From Nitrospirota bacterium (GTDB lineage Bacteria; Nitrospirota; UBA9217), in NCBI GenBank assembly GCA_963818475.1, contig CAWFSF010000006.1, positions 1,632,001 through 1,696,000 on the forward strand: a stretch of 64,000 nucleotides of DNA, in the 5' to 3' direction. The translations under genes and the position numbers were made by a program. Positions 56,643-64,000 of the stretch are shown piece after piece. The notes beneath the pieces were generated by a model. It searched no databases and was not told the origin of the DNA. It worked only from the letters and a program-made list of their open reading frames with translations. Within the stretch, counting starts at the first letter, position 1, and every line of letters begins with the position of its first letter.

Positions 56643-57419
56643 TTATTTCTTAAAAACCTGCTTCAGCAAATCCGTCACCCGGGCAGCCGGATCCTTTCGT
56701 ATCTTCTGCTCTTCCTGGCCGACCATGGTAAAAAGACCATCTAAAGCCTTGCTCGTAACATAGTGGTCGAGGTCCACGACTTCATTCTTCAAGAGCGGTA
56801 TGGTCCTGGCCTTGTCCATCATTTCCTTGAACGACCGGGTCACACCGACATCGTTCATGGTCGCGGTGACTACCGGTTTGAATGAGCCGTAGATGCGGTC
56901 AAAGGTCTTCGATCTGAGATAGGCGGTCGCCGCCGTATCGTTCCCGCGCAGGATAGCCATCGCATCGGGAATGGTCATCTCCTTCACGGCTGCAACAAAA
57001 AAATCAAGCGCCTGCGGCGCCGCCTTCTCTGCAGCCCGGTTCATGCTGAGAATGAATTTGTCGACGTGCTTTCCCTGGCCGGCCCTTCGCATGACCTTTT
57101 CGATCCTCCCGATCTTTTCCGGGGCCGCGATCCTGATCAGCTGGTTGCCGAAATAGCCATCGACCTTCGAGACCGTCGTGACGCTGTTCCTGGCACCAAC
57201 AGACAACGCCTCTTTTAATCCCGCAGCGATCGTGCTCGCATCAAGCTCACCGGATCCCCCGCTCCGTTGTTCGTTCAACGCTTTTTTTATCCGGTCGCGC
57301 AGACTGGCCTGCACAGGAGCAGCAAGCAGGCAGATGATGAGAACGAGGAGCACCGGCAGAAAACGTTTTTTTTCAGCGGTAGAGGAGCATACGGTACGAT
57401 CGTGCATATTTTCTTTCAT
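56643..57419 (-). CDS. DUF4197 family secreted protein
   Basis: GLKEAL..GA, MNRAAEKA, ALDGLF..EE.KIRKDP.AR; the start was trimmed from the over-extended ORF. Confidence 0.85.
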   Translation of the reverse strand: MKENMHDRTVCSSTAEKKRFLPVLLVLIICLLAAPVQASLRDRIKKALNEQRSGGSGELDASTIAAGLKEALSVGARNSVTTVSKVDGYFGNQLIRIAAPEKIGRIEKVMRRAGQGKHVDKFILSMNRAAEKAAPQALDFFVAAVKEMTIPDAMAILRGNDTAATAYLRSKTFDRIYGSFKPVVTATMNDVGVTRSFKEMMDKARTIPLLKNEVVDLDHYVTSKALDGLFTMVGQEEQKIRKDPAARVTDLLKQVFKK

Positions 57420-57436
57420 CGATAAGGACCGGCCTT

Positions 57437-57940
57437 TCATTCGGGCACCTCCGGAGAATGGGGAAATGTCACTGAGGTCAAGGCCTGTATGCCGAACAAG
57501 ACCAGCGAGGCCAGGCCCCAGGCAAGACCGACGACCACACCTGCGTCCACAATACCGCGCCATGGCTGGTCCAGAAGACGGACGAGCAGCACGAGGACAA
57601 TGATGCCGGCCGTCACCGAGATGGACGTGATCTGCCTCCGGCGCGTGGCATGGAAAAAGCCCATGCAGAAGAGCGGCGCGAAGATAGCGTGGGAGAGGCG
57701 TCCCTGATCCTTGAGATAACGTGCGCGGGCTGCGACGCGCGGCGAGAAACCCTGCTGAAACGCGCGGTACCCTTCGACGTAGGCCATAAAAAAAACAACG
57801 AGCGCCAGCGTGACCGTGTGATACCAGTGAAAATCGAATGAAAAAGCGCTGACCGCCATCGGCGTCAAGCGATAGATGGCGCTCCCGAGCAAGAGGACGA
57901 CCCCTGTCAATCCCCACCATGCACCCAACTTCTTCTGCAT
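57437..57940 (-). CDS. Conserved hypothetical membrane protein
   Basis: YVEGYRAFQQGFSPRVAARA, QPWRGIVDAGVVVGL. Confidence 0.75.
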   Translation of the reverse strand: MQKKLGAWWGLTGVVLLLGSAIYRLTPMAVSAFSFDFHWYHTVTLALVVFFMAYVEGYRAFQQGFSPRVAARARYLKDQGRLSHAIFAPLFCMGFFHATRRRQITSISVTAGIIVLVLLVRLLDQPWRGIVDAGVVVGLAWGLASLVLFGIQALTSVTFPHSPEVPE

Positions 57941-58132
57941 TACGTTCTGTCCCTTTCTGGAAAACCACTTTGATTGGACGAACAGCAGCTTAATTCCGCT
58001 GCATGCCCTTCCTCAAAACATCTCAGTAACTGTACTGGAAATTCGGAAACAGGTCAAGAAAAAGTCCCGTGGCAAAGGTCAAGCCGCAAGGTAAAGGCGG
58101 CGCCTTCAGATGCAGCCTTCAGCACGATCTTT

Positions 58133-58954
58133 CTATCTGAACTGTGATGCCATCCGCTCAAGCAGAAGCCCCCAGGCCTTTTTCCAGGTTGACCACTCAT
58201 GTCCCCCTCCAACCACCACGACGCGGTCAGCCGGCAATACGGTTGCCAGGAGGTCCTGGGCATAGGTAAATCGGTCCCCACGCCCGTACCCCAGATAGAC
58301 GGGAGGATATTCCGAAGCATGGCCCTCATACTGCTTGAGCCATGACCAAAGCTGACGCTCCCAGTCTTTGTCTTTGATAGTTCCCGGGTCCCAGGTGTGC
58401 AATCCACCGGCTTGCTCTATTTCGCGTATGATCGCCCGATCTCCGGCATAGGCGCCGAGCAGTACTACGCCGGAAATATCAGCAGGATATCGGGATGCGT
58501 AAACGATCGATCCATATGCACCCAGTGAGTTTCCCACAAGCCAGATACGGTCATATCCATTTTTTCTTGCAGGATCGACCACATCTCGCTTTAACCGCTC
58601 CATGATCGAGCCGTTCCGGTAGTATCCGAGATGGGCGTTTACACCGATGATATCGGCATACAGGTTCCGTTCCCGAAGCAGGGGAATGAGGCCGTTCCGC
58701 CTAAAGGCATCGTTTGCGTCGCCATTGCCGGGCAGGTAAATGAGAAGGGTGTGGTGCGGTTGTTCAGTACCGGCTAAACGCACTATTTCGATCGGCACGG
58801 TAAGCGGCCTGGAGCAGCCGACCTGAAAAGATGCCAGGATCATGAACGAGTATAAGAGTCCTGACACCCTGCTGAACAAGGACCGGCGGAAGCGTTCCGC
58901 CCTGCGCCGCACTCCCTGACGATCCGCATGTGCCGGCATAGCCGTTAACCTCAT
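58133..58954 (-). CDS. Alpha/beta hydrolase, probable lipoprotein (true start probably downstream)
   Basis: LPGNGD, GNSLG nucleophile elbow, GGHEW. Confidence 0.8.
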   Translation of the reverse strand: MRLTAMPAHADRQGVRRRAERFRRSLFSRVSGLLYSFMILASFQVGCSRPLTVPIEIVRLAGTEQPHHTLLIYLPGNGDANDAFRRNGLIPLLRERNLYADIIGVNAHLGYYRNGSIMERLKRDVVDPARKNGYDRIWLVGNSLGAYGSIVYASRYPADISGVVLLGAYAGDRAIIREIEQAGGLHTWDPGTIKDKDWERQLWSWLKQYEGHASEYPPVYLGYGRGDRFTYAQDLLATVLPADRVVVVGGGHEWSTWKKAWGLLLERMASQFR

Positions 58955-59096
58955 GAATAGTGGGGCAGATCATAAACAATTCGGGACGGCCATCTGAGCA
59001 GGCCGTCCCGTGTGGCATAAGAACACTCGTCCCGCCATGCGAGCGCAGCAGGGAATAACAGAGCTGTTCTACCGTGCGATACTTTTCCCGACGAAT

Positions 59097-59414
59097 TTAC
59101 TTGTGACACTTGGTGCAGTTCTTCGTATCCTTCACGTCAAAGGATTTTTCGCCGTTGTGGCACTTGCCGCAAAAATCTCCTTTTGTAATTTTGGTCATAT
59201 CCATTTTATAGGAACCCTGTGCCATCTGGAAGACCTGATAGTGGCAACCCGAGCACTTCAGCCCCTTGCCCTTCACATGGATCTCATGACTGAATACGAC
59301 CGGAGCGGCCCCTTTGGGCCGTAACGTAAGATCACCGCCGCCAACCATCTCGGCATCCGCATTAAAAGCAAGCATCATGCTGAAAACAAAACACATCGTG
59401 AATATCTTTTTCAT
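59097..59414 (-). CDS. Small triheme c7-like cytochrome
   Basis: Signal peptide, VFSHEIH, CSGCH, CGKCH, CTKCH. Confidence 0.9.
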   Translation of the reverse strand: MKKIFTMCFVFSMMLAFNADAEMVGGGDLTLRPKGAAPVVFSHEIHVKGKGLKCSGCHYQVFQMAQGSYKMDMTKITKGDFCGKCHNGEKSFDVKDTKNCTKCHK

Positions 59415-59576
59415 TCCCCCACCCCTCTCTGAAGAAAGATTTGGACAGCCCTGTCTGCGTTATAGTATAACAGAATTTATTCAAAAACTCGACGCCCGAT
59501 GAAGAAAGTCTTCCTCGCCAAATAAAATCCGCTGACGGTTCAACCACTTCGCAAATGATCGAGCAACTGATCGTGG

Positions 59577-60026
59577 TTATTTCAACTGCAGCGAAGTAAG
59601 TTCCTGATAGGTCAAGACCTTTGACTTTCCGGACCGGGCAGCGACCGAGGCTGCCTGCTCCCTGGTCTTGAACGCAATAATGCCATATCCCATGGGTGTT
59701 TTAATTTCCGGCCCGGAGACGAAGAAGGCGTTCTCGATGACAACAGGCTCGCCCGTGAGGTAGTCATAGACCCGAGCATTGCTGTCAAAGGCCGACATTC
59801 TCATGGCACATTCGCCGTCGCGCCAGAGCATGGAGCACCCGATATCGTCGAACGCCATTGGTTCTATCCCCTCGGTCAGCGTGACCGAATACTTCCTGTT
59901 CGCCTCAGGTATCTTCATATTGCACTTGTTGCACCACGTAGGGGCTTCTTTCTCTGCAGCCGGAACGGCCACCGGCAGAAGTACCATAAACAGCAACAGC
60001 AGAAAAGAAAAGCGTTCCTTGATCAT
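59577..60026 (-). CDS. NosL-family protein
   Basis: CNKCNM, FDDIGC, TPMGYGIIAF. Confidence 0.8.
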   Translation of the reverse strand: MIKERFSFLLLLFMVLLPVAVPAAEKEAPTWCNKCNMKIPEANRKYSVTLTEGIEPMAFDDIGCSMLWRDGECAMRMSAFDSNARVYDYLTGEPVVIENAFFVSGPEIKTPMGYGIIAFKTREQAASVAARSGKSKVLTYQELTSLQLK

Positions 60027-60081
60027 TTAAACCCTCCTTGCCATAGTATCCACGAACGGATTCGCAGAAAATGCCACTGCG

Positions 60082-60592
60082 CTATCCGCTGACGGCTTTC
60101 AAAATTCCCTGCAGCAGCGCAGTCGGTGTGGGCGGACATCCGTGTATAACAGCGTCCACGGGGATAACTTTGTCTATTCCGCCCAGAGAAGCATAGCTCT
60201 CGCCGAAAACGCCCCCGTTGCATCCGCAGTCTCCCACGGCGATCACGAGCTTCGGCGTCGGCGTTGCATCATAGGTCCTTCTGAGCGCGATCTCCATATT
60301 ATGCGTTACCGGACCGGTGACAAGAAGCAGATCGGCAAATCGCGGCGACGCCGTGAAGTGAATGCCGAAGCGCTCGACAGTTATAGATCGGATTATTGAT
60401 CGCATGGATCTCAAGCTCGCACCCGTTGCAGGAGCCGGCATCCACCTGACGGATCGTGAGGCTTCTTTGGAAACGACGCCTGATGACCTCTTCCAGTTTG
60501 ACGCCGATCTTTTCGAGCTCCGGGTCGGTAATGGGAGGCAGTTTTTCCGTGACAATGCCGGTACGGAATATCTGTTTGAGGATCCTGATCAT
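60082..60592 (-). CDS. Hyf/Ehr small subunit, NuoB-like (frameshifted)
   Basis: DAGSCNGCELE, SPRFAD, GDC, GCPP. Confidence 0.88.
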
Positions 60593-60618
60593 AAGACTCC
60601 AAACATATACGAAAAATT

Positions 60619-60748
60619 AACCACGAAGACACTGAGGCACGGAGAAAACAAGAATCCTATGGGGACACGGATTTACACGGAAACATCGGATAAGAAAAAA
60701 TCGTTTTGTTTTCATCCTTAATCCGTTTTTTCCGCGTAAATCCGTGTC
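60619..60748. repeat. Composite octamer/nonamer periodic element
   Basis: accacgaagacactgaggcacggaga, then acacggatttacacggaa ... ttccgcgtaaatccgtgt. Confidence 0.65.
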
Positions 60749-60804
60749 AAAGTTTCAAACCGTCCGTTCAGCGGCGATTGTTATTACAATATGCCGAAAT
60801 TGCC

Positions 60805-62381
60805 TCACAAATCATGCCCCGAATAGGACTGATTAAAGCTTTTGTTGCAGACCGGAAAGTCGGGAACAATGTTCCCGTGGATGCACTGCTCAAGCCCCAG
60901 CCAGTTCAGGCTCGACGGGTCCCTGACCATGCAGCGGTTGATCTCTCCGTTCATGTCCGGACTGCACCCAATAGAGGATCTCTCCGCGCCATCCTTCGAC
61001 CGCAGCGAAACCGGACCGGTCCGGCAAGGGAGAGCCAACGAGTTGCGCTGATCCTGCCTGTCGGGAAGCGACCCCAGCAATTCGCGGATGATCCTGATGG
61101 ACTCGCGCACCTCTTCCACCCTGATCCAGGCCCGTGCATGAACATCGCCGGAGATCAGCACCGGCACATTCACGCTGATCCGGTCATAGGGAGGAAACGG
61201 ATGATGGATGCGGCAGTCAAGGTTCAGACCGCTTGCCCGCGCTACGATCCCGACCACGCCGAGGTCGCGCGCCCGCGCCGGTTTGAGCACGCCCGTGTCC
61301 CGCACCCGGTCTTCCAGGGATGAATTCTCATCGTAGATCACGACGAGCCGTTCGAAATCTTTTTCCAGCCGGTCCAGTTCTTCAAGGATAGCCGCGATAC
61401 CGGAGTCATCGATATCAGTGGTTACGCCGCCCGGCACGATCCGGTCCATCATGAACCGGTGGCCGAAGAGCTTGAGGTTGGTGCGGAGCAGGTGTTCCTT
61501 CAGCCGGTGAAACTGGTACAACAGGATCGCAAAAGCGACATCATTGCAGATAGCGCCCAGGTCGCCGAGATGGTTCGCGATGCGTTCCCGTTCAAGGAAC
61601 AGCGCCCGGAGCCACATGGCCCGATCAGGAAGGATGGTGCCGGTCAACGCCTCCACTGCCCTGGGCATAGGCAAGGCTGTGGGCGACCGTGGTATCGCCC
61701 GACACGCGTGCAGCCAGACGCGCTGCCTCCTGCCAGGAGAGCGACTCGAACCGCTTTTCAATGCCCTTGTGCACGTAGCCCAGCTTTTCTTCAAGATTGA
61801 TGACGTCCTCGCCCATGGCCTGGAAACGGAAATGGCCGGGCTCGATGATGCCGGCATGGACCGGCCCGACCGGGATCTCGTAGATCCCCTCGCCCTCGGC
61901 CCGGATCCAGCGGTACTCTCCGGGGACCCGCGGCAGTTTTGTGGAGGCGTCGAAGGTCTTTCTGAGCGGCCAGGCATCGACCGGCCAGTCCTCGTGCTTG
62001 ATCCAGGGACGGTCGTCCGGATTGCCCACCGGCGTCAGCCCCATGAGGCTCTGGATCTGCCGTTCGAATCGATAGGCGGCAACGAACTTTTTGGTCAGGC
62101 TCGGGAAGGTCGGATCTTCGACAGGCACCTCTGTCTTCACCACGAGGTACTCCCGCTCTCTCCGGTAGCAGGCGTAAACAGCGAACCCTCTGCCCATCAG
62201 CGTCTCATCAGCAGCCCACTCCCCGGCGAGCAGGGCATATTCCTTCTTGAGCATCCGCGCTGTTTCAGCGAACCGTTTCCGCGGTACGACAAGGGACATC
62301 ACCGAAGAAGGAGCAATAGCAGTCATCCTCTTTCGCATCGTCACCGAGCGCAGCCATAACTAGGTTTTTCAATCTGATCAT
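60805..62381 (-). CDS. HyfG/EhrL-like large subunit, NuoCD-like (frameshifted)
   Basis: GPVHAGIIEPGHFRF, LGYVHKGIE, ERERIANH, DFPVCNKSFNQSYSGHDL. Confidence 0.88.
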
Positions 62382-62404
62382 AGTAATCTCGCGAACAAGA
62401 CATT

Positions 62405-62553
62405 CACCACGGAGACACAGAGACACGGAGAAGGACAATGCCGTGTACTGACAATATATAAAGAGCAAAGCCTGATGTTGATGTCATATCAGAACCTTCG
62501 TTGATCCTGCAGGCGCCGTTATCTCTTCTCTGAGTCTCCGTGCCTCCGTGGTA
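62405..62553. repeat. Octamer (CACGGAGA) periodic inverted-repeat element
   Basis: caccacggagacacagagacacggaga ... tctctgagtctccgtgcctccgtggt. Confidence 0.8.
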
Positions 62554-62566
62554 AAAAATGTCTTCA

Positions 62567-64000
62567 TTATTTCAGCAGCACTACTGCCGTCTGGAACCAC
62601 CCGGCAAGGAACTTCGGCATGTACAGGCCGAGCACCAGAACAAGCGCCATGTGCAGCAGCACAGGAATATGAGCGACTTTCAGGTGTTTCTGATAAGGTG
62701 GTATTTCCCCGGATACCATGGGCTGGACCTTCCTGAACAGCGCCGCAAAGGTGACCGCGAGGCCCAGCAGCAGGAACGGGGCCAGGAAAGGCGCGTCCTT
62801 GATGGTCGCCGTCAGGATCAGGAACTCGCTCGTGAATACCCCAAAGGGCGGCATTCCCACGATCGCCATAACGCCCAGCGCCATGCCCCACCCGACAAGC
62901 GGATTGCCGCGGATGAGCCCTTTGATCTTGTCCATTTCCTGCGTCCGGTGCATCTGCGACGCATGGCCCACGGTAAAAAAGATGGCCGACTTGGTCAGGC
63001 TGTGGACCAGCATGTGAAGCAGCGCTCCGAAGGTGGCCACCGGGCCGCCCAGGCCAAAGGCGAAGGTGGCAATGCCCATGTGCTCGATCGATGAATAGGC
63101 GAACATGCGCTTGATGTCCTTTTGGCGCAGGATGGAGAAGGATGCGACCATGATCGAGAGCAGGCCGAATCCCATCATGATATTCCCGGAGTGGTGCGTC
63201 CCGGTTGATCCGTCCACCAGGACCTTGCAGCGGACCAGCGCATAGAGCGCGATGTTCAGCAGAAGGCCCGAGAGCACGGCCGAGATGGGAGTTGGTCCTT
63301 CGCTGTGGGCATCGGGAAGCCAGTTGTGGAGCGGAACGAGCCCGACTTTAGTGCCGTACCCGACCATGAGGAACACAAAAGCAAGAGACAATATGGTCGG
63401 TTCGAGCTGGCTGCTCACCTGTGCAAGGTTCGTCCAGTGGAGTGCGGCGCCGCCTGCGCCCAGTACCTTTTCCGCCGCAAAGTAGAGCAGCACGGTGCCG
63501 AACAGCGCAAGAGCGATCCCCACGCCGCAGAGGATGAAATATTTCCATGCTGCTTCGATCGATGCAGGAGTCCGGTAGAGCGATACGAGGAGGACCGTCG
63601 ACAGCGTGGCAAGCTCCATGGCGATCCAGAGGATGCCGACGTTGTTCGTCAGGAGGCAGAGCAGCATGGCAAAGATAAAGAGCTGATACATGGCGTGATA
63701 GAACCGCATCCTGCGGTGCCCCAATGTCCCGTGCTCGCGTTCACGCCGCATGTAGCGTCTGCTGAAGATGGCGGTGGTCATGGAAACAAATGCAGTAAGT
63801 ACGGACAGGTAGATGCTGAAAGCGTCGACAAAGAAGAAGTCGTTCCAGGCCAGCAACGGGCCCTGTTCGTAGACCTGGAACGCCAGCACAATGCCGGCCG
63901 CGCAGGTCGTTGCGGAGCCGAGGATGTTCACCTCGGGCGCATATTTCCGGTCGCCGATGATGGCCAGCATCAGCGAGGAGATGAGCGGGATGACTAAGAG
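62567..64000 (-). CDS. hyfF: HyfF-like antiporter membrane subunit (5' end outside the window)
   Basis: EAAWKYFILC, GYGTKVGLVPLHNWLPDAHSEGP, AYSSIEHMG. Confidence 0.88.
   Translation of the reverse strand, partial: LLVIPLISSLMLAIIGDRKYAPEVNILGSATTCAAGIVLAFQVYEQGPLLAWNDFFFVDAFSIYLSVLTAFVSMTTAIFSRRYMRREREHGTLGHRRMRFYHAMYQLFIFAMLLCLLTNNVGILWIAMELATLSTVLLVSLYRTPASIEAAWKYFILCGVGIALALFGTVLLYFAAEKVLGAGGAALHWTNLAQVSSQLEPTILSLAFVFLMVGYGTKVGLVPLHNWLPDAHSEGPTPISAVLSGLLLNIALYALVRCKVLVDGSTGTHHSGNIMMGFGLLSIMVASFSILRQKDIKRMFAYSSIEHMGIATFAFGLGGPVATFGALLHMLVHSLTKSAIFFTVGHASQMHRTQEMDKIKGLIRGNPLVGWGMALGVMAIVGMPPFGVFTSEFLILTATIKDAPFLAPFLLLGLAVTFAALFRKVQPMVSGEIPPYQKHLKVAHIPVLLHMALVLVLGLYMPKFLAGWFQTAVVLLK

Noticed and set aside
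59577-60026. NosL as evidence of nitrous oxide reduction
   Set aside because: There is no nosZ or nosD in the window, and NosL-like proteins occur widely outside nos clusters.

Overview
GC-rich bacterial chromosomal segment. The gene content suggests an anaerobic Nitrospirota- or Desulfobacterota-like organism (inference). The assembly has many single-base indels; even pheS, pheT and carB are split, so frameshifts are treated as sequencing errors. From left to right: (1) a partly low-GC secreted locus with a transglutaminase-fold protein ending in an NlpC/P60 domain, a YARHG-like protein, and a >1700-aa surface protein that the ORF track misses; (2) a vapBC module bracketed by a degenerate direct repeat; (3) archaeal-type pheST, queA, yjbQ, a Na/Pi symporter, an A-adding-type tRNA nucleotidyltransferase and xerD; (4) a sigma54-type multiheme cytochrome/NHL operon; (5) a compact five-gene motor operon with no flagellar genes nearby: a FliF(RBM3)-FliG fusion, MotA, two MotB paralogues (only one with the essential Asp) and a TPR protein, which is the best candidate for an undescribed system; (6) a heme-sensor/NtrC two-component pair; (7) a PyrR-attenuated pyrimidine operon; (8) small accessory genes and an Ehr/Hyf-like complex. 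Short inverted-repeat elements built from 7-, 8- and 9-nt periodic units are scattered through the spacers, and some sit in frame inside proteins.
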